A stretch of 64,000 nucleotides of DNA from Bdellovibrionales bacterium (GCA_965217115.1 OZ244239.1:768001-832000); one strand, 5' to 3'; positions 38,946-48,921 are shown, counted from the first letter of the stretch. Notes: generated from the letters alone by a model not told the origin. A program made the numbers and translations.

Positions 38946-39290
38946 GATTCTTTATGACAAACAATAGTGGAGTCAGTTTTTTTCTGATGACCTTTTTTTT
39001 CTAGAGTCTCTCCCAAAAGAATCCAGCCCTTTTCTTGCTCAAATATTCGTTTGTCACCTTCCATTGCAGAGAAATGCAATGGAAGTCGCCAAGCCAAACT
39101 CGCCGAAAAGAACTGGATTCTTTTGGGAGAGACTCTAGAAAAAAATGCCCTATTCAATCAATGAGTTAATGGATCTCTTTCTATGACTGACCTCCATGTA
39201 TAACAACGCTGTTATCCATGGATAGTTTTAGAAAGAGAGCCCTCAAGATGGGTCTCTTGGGAACAGCTCCACTATTTATCACAAAGAACT
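38946..39290 (+). mobile_element. MITE-like element copy 3 with target duplication CTCTATGA
   Basis: Flanks 38938-38945 and 39291-39298 identical. Confidence 0.93.
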
Positions 39291-39319
39291 CTCTATGAGA
39301 TGGAAAAGCAGCATTGTGG

Positions 39320-39335
39320 AGGCATAGAGATTGCT
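39320..39335 (+). promoter_or_regulatory. Sigma54 -24/-12 promoter-like motif
   Basis: AGGCATAGAGATTGCT, GG-N10-GC. Confidence 0.55.
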
Positions 39336-39347
39336 TTAAATTAGGTC

Positions 39348-40166
39348 ATGATGACCTACATGGTAGCTAAAAGCCGGTACAGGCTGATTTTATTGATCAT
39401 AATCTTGACAGGTGTCACCTCTAATTTGGCACTTGCTGATAACTCATGTCGCTATTTGTTTGCTAATGATGGGAATCTCTCAAGGGCAAATCTCTCAAAT
39501 CGAGAATTGCTGGAGAGAATAGAGAGAATTGTTATTCTTGAGATTAATGGTATAAAGAAAGCCTGTAGTGATATTACAAAAATGTATCCACCAGAAAATC
39601 ACATCTATGTCGGCATAGGCCGTAGCCCAAGCCCTTTTATGGCTTTTTTTCGAGCAAGTGGCTATCAAAACCTTTTCAATCTTCCATTGTCTTTAGTGCT
39701 TCGTCAAACCCTCAAGCCGAAAATTAAGTTTAACCTCTACAAGCATTTTGATCAGTTTTTACCAACACCATCTGAAATCGGAAGTAGGTCACTCCTCTTA
39801 CTGGACTACGTCGTAACTGGAGATTCTTTGTTGGCGGCAAGAGAGTACATTGTGGATTACTATAGAGATCAGGGTGTGAATATTTCGATTCAAATTCTTC
39901 CTATTACAAACTCAAGATTTCTTGTTACAAATGATCAAATCGCCAAAGTAAAGAAAGTCATTATTTCAGAATATATGATAAAAAACAACTTACTAGAGCA
40001 GGCGTATGATAACCTTAGTGAATATAGACGTTACAGGATACATAGTTCTAAAAATCAAAAGAATCTTCACGAAAACCCCAACCCTTATTATCATTATCTA
40101 GTTCAAAGGTTTTCTGAAAAAATTCAGTCAATAGAGACGAAAAAAGAAAACCCTAGGGGAGAGTGA
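39348..40166 (+). CDS. Secreted hypothetical protein with PRTase-like motif
   Basis: Signal peptide; YVGIGRSPSP and LLLLDYVVTGDSL resemble a type I phosphoribosyltransferase loop. Confidence 0.65.
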   Translation: MMTYMVAKSRYRLILLIIILTGVTSNLALADNSCRYLFANDGNLSRANLSNRELLERIERIVILEINGIKKACSDITKMYPPENHIYVGIGRSPSPFMAFFRASGYQNLFNLPLSLVLRQTLKPKIKFNLYKHFDQFLPTPSEIGSRSLLLLDYVVTGDSLLAAREYIVDYYRDQGVNISIQILPITNSRFLVTNDQIAKVKKVIISEYMIKNNLLEQAYDNLSEYRRYRIHSSKNQKNLHENPNPYYHYLVQRFSEKIQSIETKKENPRGE

Positions 40167-40501
40167 AAAATCTTCTTCTCTCTTAAGCCTATACCAACAA
40201 TGAATATCAATGGGCTTAAAGGATTACAGGAGGTCTTTAGCTCTCTTGGTTTTATTATTTCCATGGTTCCTTACAATCCATCTTGGAGAAAGCAAAGGCT
40301 CTCTTGCAAGAGTTCAAGAAACAGTTTTCAAAGAGATTTCCGACAGAGGTCTCTAGGTTAGGCACCTGCTGCCCTCTTAACCTACTGAAATCACTAGCCT
40401 CTGAAATTCGGTTCCCAGAGGGAGGCAAAGCTTGAACTTTTATTGCAATAAGTATCCCTTTGTGGGATACTTATGTCTTAGAACCCTATAGGGAAGATGC
40501 C

Positions 40502-40819
40502 ATGAGCACAAAAAAAAATAAAACTCTAGCCAAAGAGGCTATCAGAAAAGTAACAGGACATATCTCGTTCGGTGATATGCTCTGCTCCCATAGAATTAAT
40601 CAAGATATCAGCCAAGTTCAAATGGCGGATAACTTAGGAATCTCCAAGCAAATGCTTTGTAACATCGAAAAAGGACGGAAATTAGTCAGTGTTGAGCGAG
40701 CAGCCTTATTTGCTAAAAAACTAAAAATGCCACCTAAAGTCTTTGCCAAGTACGCACTACAAGATCAACTTATAAGAGCTGGCTTAAAAGGTGAAGTCTC
40801 AATCAACGACGTCGCTTAA
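40502..40819 (+). CDS. XRE-family HTH protein (HigA-like antitoxin), orphan
   Basis: ISQVQMADNLGISKQMLCNIEKGRK; start set at ATG 40502. Confidence 0.85.
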   Translation: MSTKKNKTLAKEAIRKVTGHISFGDMLCSHRINQDISQVQMADNLGISKQMLCNIEKGRKLVSVERAALFAKKLKMPPKVFAKYALQDQLIRAGLKGEVSINDVA

Positions 40820-40833
40820 ACTCTATTTAACCG

Positions 40834-40920
40834 TGGTGCCTCGAGCGAGAATCGAACTCGCACTCTCATGAAAGAACTGGATTTTGAATCCAACGCGTCT
40901 ACCAATTCCGCCACCGAGGC
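40834..40920 (-). tRNA. tRNA-Leu(CAA), second full-length copy with 3 substitutions
   Basis: 87 nt, 84/87 identical to 45102-45188, CCA encoded; may be decaying. Confidence 0.85.
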
Positions 40921-41178
40921 ATTTATGTGGATGCATTATTTCTTTTTCTTTACAGCTTTCTTCTATTTACAAATAAGTAATTACAACTCGACTAGATTTA
41001 TCATCTATAGTTTTTCTTGATACTTCATACTTTCTATTTTCAAGTTCCTCTTTACATGGAATACTGTCTTCTTTAAATGAAACCCATAATCCACCTATTG
41101 ATTTATTTTCTAGTTTTTCTTCACATAGTTTTAGAAATTTGTTTGAGCCCCCCCCACTATTTATGTAGAAATAACTTT

Positions 41179-41976
41179 CTATGTTTTTAGATGTTCTCCT
41201 TTTTTAGTATCATATATACAACACTCGCTTTTGTGTTCACTACATATCTTATATCGTTTTTCTTTATGACCTAATAATAACTTCTTGAGAGAATCACCAT
41301 TATAGGTGGGATTAAATAACGTTACAAACTGATTCCATGGCTTATTATCTTCATGGGTGATCCCCTGTACAATTTTTTCTATCTCAGTATCGCTAAAAAT
41401 AGAAATTTTTGTAATCATCTCGTTGAAGCGTTCTGTAACGGCATCATAATTATGACAATTGCCGTAATTATCCTTATTACAGAAATTCGTAATTACTTGT
41501 TGTCTTTCTTGATATTTCTCAAAAATAGACGCCTTCTTTCCTTTATCTGAAATTAGCTTGATGAGTTGCTCTTCTTTCCCTTTGTTTTTTTTATCTTTGA
41601 TAGCTTGTTCAATGCTGCCGAAACCTTCTGGGTCTGTTTCATCAGCACTATAATACAATATGGGAACTCCTTTACCCAAGGCAAAACCAACTTCCTGATT
41701 AGTATATATGCCCCCATAGAAATTACTTGTGAGATACGCAATGAATATATCCATCGTTCCAAGAGACTTAAGAATTTTATCCCTCCATATTTCTGTTGGT
41801 TTAATATTTTCATGTGCTACAAATGTTGAAACGTTTAAAGTATCTAACTGATGGGCAAGTTGAATAACACCACCTCTGTCGCCATCTCGATGTGATATAA
41901 ACACCTTTAGCTCAATCTGTTTATCACCCCAAATATCACTAACATCCTCAGGCTCTATTAATATCACTCTATGCAC
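41179..41976 (-). CDS. TIR domain protein, N-terminally disrupted
   Basis: KVFISH, FVAHENIKPTEIWRDKI, YTNQEVGFALG with catalytic-type Glu; frame continues upstream through a TAG at 42043-42045. Confidence 0.88.
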   Translation of the reverse strand: MHRVILIEPEDVSDIWGDKQIELKVFISHRDGDRGGVIQLAHQLDTLNVSTFVAHENIKPTEIWRDKILKSLGTMDIFIAYLTSNFYGGIYTNQEVGFALGKGVPILYYSADETDPEGFGSIEQAIKDKKNKGKEEQLIKLISDKGKKASIFEKYQERQQVITNFCNKDNYGNCHNYDAVTERFNEMITKISIFSDTEIEKIVQGITHEDNKPWNQFVTLFNPTYNGDSLKKLLLGHKEKRYKICSEHKSECCIYDTKKGEHLKT

Positions 41977-42401
41977 TCCTAAATTTTGAATAATATGTTT
42001 TATGGCTTGAAGACTAGAATCATTGACTCCATACTCATTTAACTATACTAATTGTATAAGTTCTTCAAGAATTTTTTTAACTAAACGATTATCTTCTATA
42101 CTTATAAAAGTTCTAAATTTTTCACTCCTTAGCATAGAAGCCTCTGAACCATATTTTTTATCAAAATAAAAAAAGTCTAATATGGTTTTTTATTAATTAA
42201 ATTAAGAGAATTCAAAAAAAACACCTCACTTAAAAATGGTTATAATAATGTTTTTGGAAAAACCTTTACTCCTTTTATTCTACACTCCTCAATGATATCA
42301 GTATCTTCATAATTACTGATCACGAGCACGCAATGGTCTGACGAACCTGAAGTTTTACTACCAATACATAAGCTCCACTCAGACCGCAAGTAATTCAAGA
42401 T

Positions 42402-42737
42402 TTGACTGTAAAATTTTTGGAGCTGGAGATTCTCTCCTCTACCTCGGATATTGAGTTAAAGCCTATTATTGAGTTCGATAATACCAAGGCTGCTCTTAAT
42501 TGGTTTGAGAATACAGATACTCCAGTGGCTAATATTATTTTCTTTGCTGACAATGATCTTGGAGAAAGGCAAATGACAGGGCTAGAGCTGATTAAGAGAC
42601 TTGGGATTGGTGTCTTGAGTTATCTTGTGACTGACAGTTATTTTATTGACTGTGTATATAATGATTGTTTGGATAATGGGGTTAGACTTATTCCTAAGCA
42701 ATATATAAATGAATCTAAATTTACAGTTCTAGGCTGA
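42402..42737 (+). pseudogene. Receiver-like C-terminal fragment of a hybrid histidine kinase
   Basis: FADNDLG...TGLELIKRL...YLVT...VRLIPK; no N-terminal acidic pocket or kinase part, weak TTG start. Confidence 0.55.
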
Positions 42738-42742
42738 TGTAA

Positions 42743-44461
42743 ATGAAAATTGACGAAATCAGGATAAAAAATTTTAGATCAATAAAAGATGTCAAAATAT
42801 CTATTAAAGACTATACAGCCTTAGTTGGTAAAAATAATGTTGGTAAATCAAACATCCTAAGAGCTTTAAATTCTTTCTTTAATTTTGAATTAGAAAAAGA
42901 CTCTTTTCTTAGAGGAGACCATTATTATTGCAACAAAACAACACCACGAATTGAAATTATTTTTGACAGTGAAGAAAGAACATCCATTCTTCAGAGTATT
43001 ACTACTAATAATAAAATTACAATATCCTTTAAATTCTTACGTAAATATAAAGAGGCTGAATATCTATATAAGAAAGGGAAACAATTTGAGGACTTACTTG
43101 GACAGAAAAAAGTTGCCTTCTTCGAAGCATTTCACTTTGTTTTAATTCCTACTCCTAGAGACCACCAAAAAATTCACGAATTAGAAAATGGCATATTAAA
43201 GAAAATTATTTTAAAAGTTTTACAAAAAAAACAAAAGAATAACTTAAAAAAGCATAGTGACGAGATCAAAAATAAATTTAGACAAATATTTCATGACGTA
43301 GAATCTTTCATTAAATCAAGTTCTTTAATGAATTTAAATTCTAAATTAGATTTTTATAATAACGTAAATATTAGAGATTTTTTATCAGATCAAATAAAGG
43401 TTAATATTGTAGAAAAAGGGAAGACCTTATTACCTAAGGACTGTGGAACAGGAATTCAAAGCCTTTTGTTAATAACGCTTTATAAATACCATGCTGATCT
43501 AAGTGACTCTAATTATTTAATGGCTATTGAGGAGCCTGAAGTAAATTTACACCCACAAGCTCAATTAAATTTGATGACTAATTTAAGATCTCTAATAGAG
43601 GGTAAATGTATACAAATAATTGTTACTACCCATTCACCTCATATTATTGATTCTCTAGAGCATACAAACATTACTTTGTGTCAAAAGTCAAAAAAATCAC
43701 AGAAAATCACAACTGAATGTTATCAACTAGGCTCTGACTATTGGGAGAGAAATAAGCTAATACGAATCAAAAATGATAGTTTTTTTAAGTATAAAAATAG
43801 CGATTTTTTCTTTGCTGACAGAGTTATAGTTTGCGAAGGAATATCTGACTCTGAGGTACTAAAATTTTTAGCAAATCAATCTGGACTAAATCTTTCACTA
43901 AAGGGAATTACAATTTTAACTCTCGGTGGAAAGAATAATTTAAACTATCCACTTTCTCTTGTAAAAGAACTAAAAATCCCATATCTAATCATATTGGATA
44001 AAGATTTTTTTCTTCCTTACAGAGACGAAAATAAATTACAGAAAAGTAGAAATAAAAAGTTTTTCCCTTTGTATGCTCCTGAATTTCACAAAAATAAACT
44101 ATTTCTTATTAAGAAATTAATACCTAATCTTCAGGACAGAGAAAAACTTAAAAAGCTTCTCATATCTAATCACAGTCAAGCCATGACTTTATTACAGAGA
44201 TATTCTATCGTATCGTTTAAATGGAGCCTTGAAGTGGATTTAGTTAATTCCTCTTCTGCTCGGAAAGAGTATCTAGCGCAGTTTAAAATTAAAGATGGCA
44301 CTAACGAATATGAAGAACTTTTAGAAAAAAGGCTCTCTTCTAATAAGGATTGTGAAAAAACAATCTCCGTAATTAAAAAAATTGAGCACTCTAATCTACC
44401 AAATAGCTACAAGAGAATAAAAAAGATTTTCTCACAATACAAAAAATATAATAATTATTAA
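42743..44461 (+). CDS. OLD-family ATP-dependent nuclease (ABC ATPase + TOPRIM)
   Basis: IKNFRSI, Walker A GKNNVGKS, GTGIQS, Walker B IEEPEVNLHP, TTHSP, TOPRIM VCEGISD and DKD. Confidence 0.93.
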   Translation: MKIDEIRIKNFRSIKDVKISIKDYTALVGKNNVGKSNILRALNSFFNFELEKDSFLRGDHYYCNKTTPRIEIIFDSEERTSILQSITTNNKITISFKFLRKYKEAEYLYKKGKQFEDLLGQKKVAFFEAFHFVLIPTPRDHQKIHELENGILKKIILKVLQKKQKNNLKKHSDEIKNKFRQIFHDVESFIKSSSLMNLNSKLDFYNNVNIRDFLSDQIKVNIVEKGKTLLPKDCGTGIQSLLLITLYKYHADLSDSNYLMAIEEPEVNLHPQAQLNLMTNLRSLIEGKCIQIIVTTHSPHIIDSLEHTNITLCQKSKKSQKITTECYQLGSDYWERNKLIRIKNDSFFKYKNSDFFFADRVIVCEGISDSEVLKFLANQSGLNLSLKGITILTLGGKNNLNYPLSLVKELKIPYLIILDKDFFLPYRDENKLQKSRNKKFFPLYAPEFHKNKLFLIKKLIPNLQDREKLKKLLISNHSQAMTLLQRYSIVSFKWSLEVDLVNSSSARKEYLAQFKIKDGTNEYEELLEKRLSSNKDCEKTISVIKKIEHSNLPNSYKRIKKIFSQYKKYNNY

Positions 44462-44741
44462 AAAACTTCTGTTCTGCCACTGAAACACCGCCAATTCATG
44501 GGACAAAATCTTTTCAATCATTATAAATACTTAGAAAAACCGTCGTTTCACTCATGGGACGATTCCCCTCTCTAAAATACACAACCATTTAAAAAGCCTC
44601 AATGATTTCAAGTGTCCGACTTTTGGCATTGCTTTAGCGATAGTCAGTCATTGTTAGGGACTTGTCACAGAAGAAAAATGGTTCTAAAAACCCCTGTGAA
44701 TATCCCATAAACTCGCCATCGTATGGGGCGAGGATTTAACT

Positions 44742-45069
44742 GGTTCTTTGTGATAAATAGTGGAACTGTTCCCAAGAGACCCATCTTGAGGGCTCTCTTT
44801 CTAAAACTATCCATGGATAACAGCGTTGTTATACATGGAGGTCAGTCATAGAAAGAGATCCATTGACCCATTGATTGAATACGTCCTTTTTTTCTAGAGT
44901 CTCTCCCAAAAGAATCCAGTTCTTTTCGGCGAGTTCGGCTTGGCGACTTCCATTGCACTTTTCTGCAATGGAAGGTGACAAACGGATGTTTGAGCAAGAA
45001 AAGGGCTGAATTCTTTTGGGAGAGACTCTAGAAAAAAACAGGCTCCACTATTATTTATCATAAAGAATC
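44742..45069 (-). mobile_element. MITE-like element copy 4 with 8-bp target duplication ATTTAACT
   Basis: Flanks 44734-44741 and 45070-45077 identical; lacks a ~20-bp subterminal segment. Confidence 0.93.
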
Positions 45070-45101
45070 ATTTAACTCTGGAGGCGAGGGGATTTTAAAT
45101 C

Positions 45102-45188
45102 TGGTGCCTCGGGCGAGAATCGAACTCGCACTCTCGTGAAAGAACTGGATTTTGAATCCAGCGCGTCTACCAATTCCGCCACCGAGGC
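45102..45188 (-). tRNA. tRNA-Leu(CAA)
   Basis: 87 nt, perfect stems, anticodon loop ttCAAaa, long variable arm, CCA; 15 bp downstream of topA. Confidence 0.97.
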
Positions 45189-45203
45189 ATCTCTGTGGAT
45201 GCA

Positions 45204-47885
45204 TTATTTCTTTTTCTTTACAGTCTTTTTCTTTACAGTCTTTTTCTTTACAGTTTTCTTCTTTACGGTTTTCTTCTTTACAGCTTTTTTCTTTACAGTT
45301 TTTTTCTTTACGGCTTTTTTCTTTGCAGCGCTTTTTTTGACGCCACCCTTTTCTTCCAACCATTTAACAGCCATTTCCAGTGTTGTCTCATCAGGAGTCA
45401 CTTTCTCCGGCAATGAAGCATTCACCTTGCCACATTTAACATAAGCTCCGTAGGGGCCGTTCATGATATTTACCAATTCATCATTGTCAGGATGCTTACC
45501 CAACTCCTTCAAGGGGGCCGCTCGACCACGGCCCTTTTTAGGTTGGGATAATTTCTCCATCGCATTCTCAAACGTTACCTCAAAAAGATTCTCATTTTTT
45601 GTAACAGAACGAAAGTCTCCATCATGAACAACAAAAGGGCCAAAACGGCCAATACCCACACGCACTGGCTTCCCCGTTTCAGGGTGGTCTCCCAAACTTC
45701 GCGGTAAATGCACCAAAAACTGGGCCTGCTCTGGTGTGATTTCATCCACATTCACACTCGGTGGAATCGCCGTTCTCTTTGGTTTAGCTCCGTCCCCCGC
45801 CGCTTCACCCAACTGCACATAGGGCCCATAACGACCACTGAGAACATAAATAGGTAAATTCGTTTCAGCGTCTTCACAAAAAGCATCGGCCCCATTTATT
45901 TTCTGCTCAATCCACTTGAGTGCCAATTCTGGTTTCACTTCTGCAGGGGGGTGAATATCTGGAATCGATGCACAAACTTCCTCACCCTCTATTTTTGTAC
46001 AAATGTAAGCACCATAGCGACCCACACGCACACTGAATTTTTCTAAGCCTGCCAATTTAATCTCCCGCGCTTCCACGGGATCAATTTTACTCTCCTGATT
46101 TTCAATCGTCGTCTTCAATCCGTCGTCACCAAAATAAATTTTATCAAGATATTTCTTAGATTCTAACTTTCCTGTAGCGACTTCATCTAGTGCTTCTTCC
46201 ATACTCGAAGTGAATTTCAAATCTACATAACGACTCAAGTAATCTGTCATTAATTTACTCACAACAAGGGCCGTGAACGTAGGAACTAAAGCGTTCCCCG
46301 TCTTACGCACATACCCTCGATCCATAACCGTACCAATAATACTCGCGTAAGTTGAAGGGCGACCTATGCCCTCCTTCTCCATCGTTTGAACCAAACTCGC
46401 TTCTGTGTATCGAGCGGGCGGTTTGGTCTCATGCTCCTTGCTCTCGGTTTTTTTGCAATCAATCACATCTCTCTTTTTTAACTGAGGTAAACGAACTTCT
46501 CGATTCTGCAAACCCGCCTCTGGATCATCATGACCCTCAACATAAGCTCGCAAAAAACCAGGGAATTCAATGGTCATACCCGAGGATGCAAAAACCGCTT
46601 TCTCCACCTGAATGCGAACACTCACCTGCTTCTGTCTGGCATCAGCCATTTGACTGGCCACTGTTCTCTTCCATATCAAATCATAAAGTTTAAACTGCAT
46701 CCCATCTAGACCTGTCTCATCTGGAGAAACAAAATTTTCCCCCGCTGGACGAATGGCTTCATGGGCCTCTTGAGCCCCCTTGGCCTTCTTCTTGTGATAA
46801 GTTCTCGGCTCACTAGGTAAATAATCTTTGCCATATTTTTTCTCAATACAATATCTTGCCGCAGTTATGGCCTGAGTGGAAAGAAACGTCGAATCCGTTC
46901 TCATGTAAGTGATCAAACCATTTTCATAAAGCTTCTGAGCCGCACGCATAGTGTCGCGAGACCCTAAACCTAATTTCCTATTGGCCTCCTGTTGCAAAGT
47001 CGACGTAATAAATGGAGCCATTGGCCGCCTCGTCACAGGTTTCTCTTCCACAGACGTCACTAACCAATCTTGAGTTTTAACATCACTTTCAATTTTTTTT
47101 ACTTTACTGCCGTCTAATAAGAGAACGTCTTTACCTTTAAGCAACTGCCCTGTGGTCCCATCAAAATCCTTACCCACAGCTATTTTCTTATCCTGATAAC
47201 TCATTAAACGACTTTCAAAATTAATACCGCTTTTTTCTAATTGAGCCGTTAGCCCCCAGTACTTAGATCTCTTAAAACGAATGCGTTCATGCTCTTTTTC
47301 AGAAATCAAACAAACTGCCACCGATTGCACTCGCCCCGCCGACAAACCATAGGCCACCTTCTTCCATATCAACGGTGACAAAGTATAACCCACAAGGCGA
47401 TCCAAGACACGGCGAGCTTCCTGCGCGCGAACAAGATTCAAATCAATCTCACGGCCATGACTCAAAGCATGCTCGATAGCCTCCTTAGTGATCTCATGGA
47501 ACACCATCCTCTTAACTGGCACTTTAGGCTTAAGGACCTCAAGCAAATGCCAGCTAATACTCTCTCCCTCTCTATCATCATCGGTCGCGAGAATCAGTTC
47601 ATCTGCTTGCGATAGTTTTTCCCTTAAAACTTTAACAATTTTCGCCTTATTTTTGGGGATACAATAGATAGGTTCAAATTCCTTCTCCACATTAACACCC
47701 AGTGTGGCCCATTTCTCTTTTTTGTATTTTACAGGAATGTCCTTAGCTGATTGTGGGAGGTCCCGCACGTGACCCATACAAGAGTCCACAACAAAGTTCT
47801 TGCTTCCCAAGAATTTGCGAATCGTTTTTGCCTTTGTCGGGGATTCGACAATAACAAATGTTTTTCCACCTAGTGCTTTAGCCAT
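45204..47885 (-). CDS. topA: DNA topoisomerase I with Lys-rich repeat tail
   Basis: IVESPTKAKTI, ATDDDREGE, SAGRVQS, ITYMRTDS, GIGRPSTY, GRYG/GRFG C-terminal repeats, KKKTV tail. Confidence 0.98.
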   Translation of the reverse strand: MAKALGGKTFVIVESPTKAKTIRKFLGSKNFVVDSCMGHVRDLPQSAKDIPVKYKKEKWATLGVNVEKEFEPIYCIPKNKAKIVKVLREKLSQADELILATDDDREGESISWHLLEVLKPKVPVKRMVFHEITKEAIEHALSHGREIDLNLVRAQEARRVLDRLVGYTLSPLIWKKVAYGLSAGRVQSVAVCLISEKEHERIRFKRSKYWGLTAQLEKSGINFESRLMSYQDKKIAVGKDFDGTTGQLLKGKDVLLLDGSKVKKIESDVKTQDWLVTSVEEKPVTRRPMAPFITSTLQQEANRKLGLGSRDTMRAAQKLYENGLITYMRTDSTFLSTQAITAARYCIEKKYGKDYLPSEPRTYHKKKAKGAQEAHEAIRPAGENFVSPDETGLDGMQFKLYDLIWKRTVASQMADARQKQVSVRIQVEKAVFASSGMTIEFPGFLRAYVEGHDDPEAGLQNREVRLPQLKKRDVIDCKKTESKEHETKPPARYTEASLVQTMEKEGIGRPSTYASIIGTVMDRGYVRKTGNALVPTFTALVVSKLMTDYLSRYVDLKFTSSMEEALDEVATGKLESKKYLDKIYFGDDGLKTTIENQESKIDPVEAREIKLAGLEKFSVRVGRYGAYICTKIEGEEVCASIPDIHPPAEVKPELALKWIEQKINGADAFCEDAETNLPIYVLSGRYGPYVQLGEAAGDGAKPKRTAIPPSVNVDEITPEQAQFLVHLPRSLGDHPETGKPVRVGIGRFGPFVVHDGDFRSVTKNENLFEVTFENAMEKLSQPKKGRGRAAPLKELGKHPDNDELVNIMNGPYGAYVKCGKVNASLPEKVTPDETTLEMAVKWLEEKGGVKKSAAKKKAVKKKTVKKKAVKKKTVKKKTVKKKTVKKKTVKKKK

Positions 47886-48097
47886 ATAAAATTCCTATAG
47901 AGTTCGTCGCTATTTCATATTTGAAACTTAAGAGGACTCAAATCAAGGTCCCGTTATAACTCGTTGCGCAATTTCTGCTGCCTTTGCATTTGTCTCTTCC
48001 GGTGTTATTTTTCATACAGCATCTTATACTTATCTCATTTGATTTTTCAAGCTTTCTAAGTTAATCCCGTTATAACAATAAGACTTGGTGGATTATT

Positions 48098-48868
48098 TTG
48101 TCACAAGAAAAAATAAGCTTTATCCTAACAGACATTGACGACACCCTCACTGACGATGGGCAACTCGGCCCTGAGGCCTACAGTGCCCTATGGGCTTTGC
48201 AAAAAAACTGTATTAAAGTCATACCTATCACAGGACGACCCGCTGGTTGGTGCGAAATGATCGCTCGCATCTGGCCCGTCGATGCTGTTGTCGGAGAAAA
48301 TGGTGCTTTCTATTTTCGTTACAATCAAGAAACTAAAAAAATGACTCGCTATTTCGCCATCGATGAAGAGACAAGAACTCAATATCAAAAAAAGCTTCAA
48401 ACTCTTAAAAAAGAGATTCTCACAGAAATCCCAAAAGCTGCTATCGCCTCTGATCAATTCTGTCGTCTTTTTGATCTAGCCATTGATTTCTGTGAAGATA
48501 TTCCATCCCTATCTGAGCAAGAGATTCACCGTATTATAGAAATATTTAAAAACCATAAAGCTCAGGTTAAAGTGAGCTCTATTCATCTTAATGGTTGGTT
48601 TGGAGATTATAATAAACTCACCACAACTCTCAAATTATTAGAGCAAGAGTTCTCTATCTCCTCAGAAGATGCAAAAAAGAACTGCGCCTTTACTGGCGAT
48701 TCTCCAAACGATGAGCCTATGTTTGAGTTTTTTCCCCACTCCTACGCCGTCGCCAATATTCGACAATTTCTTCCACAAATAAAACATCCACCAAAGCATA
48801 TCAGTCAAAACAACGGTGGCCTAGGCTTTGTTGAAATCATGGAAGATATGTTTAGTTTTCTCCGGTAA
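48098..48868 (+). CDS. HAD-IIB family hydrolase
   Basis: DIDDTLT, ITGRP, GENG, GDSPND. Confidence 0.93.
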   Translation: MSQEKISFILTDIDDTLTDDGQLGPEAYSALWALQKNCIKVIPITGRPAGWCEMIARIWPVDAVVGENGAFYFRYNQETKKMTRYFAIDEETRTQYQKKLQTLKKEILTEIPKAAIASDQFCRLFDLAIDFCEDIPSLSEQEIHRIIEIFKNHKAQVKVSSIHLNGWFGDYNKLTTTLKLLEQEFSISSEDAKKNCAFTGDSPNDEPMFEFFPHSYAVANIRQFLPQIKHPPKHISQNNGGLGFVEIMEDMFSFLR

Positions 48869-48921
48869 TGCCCTGAATAACCTGCCCCTAAAGGGGTTTA
48901 CACCTAAAATCGAGGGCTTCT

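Larger units (their letters stand above)
40834..45231. mobile_element. Integrase-less defence islet bounded by ~130-bp direct repeats (tRNA-Leu plus topA 3' end)
   Basis: Repeats 40834-40963 and 45102-45231; very AT-rich cargo with TIR and OLD nuclease genes. Confidence 0.8.

Noticed and set aside
7283..42045. Amber recoding suggested by two in-frame TAGs
   Set aside because: Conserved genes such as ahcY, gpmA and sucB end at TAG at their expected C-termini; no suppressor tRNA seen.
31921..44461. Gabija (OLD nuclease plus UvrD helicase)
   Set aside because: The helicase is 9 kb away, outside the islet, in a core operon with housekeeping features.
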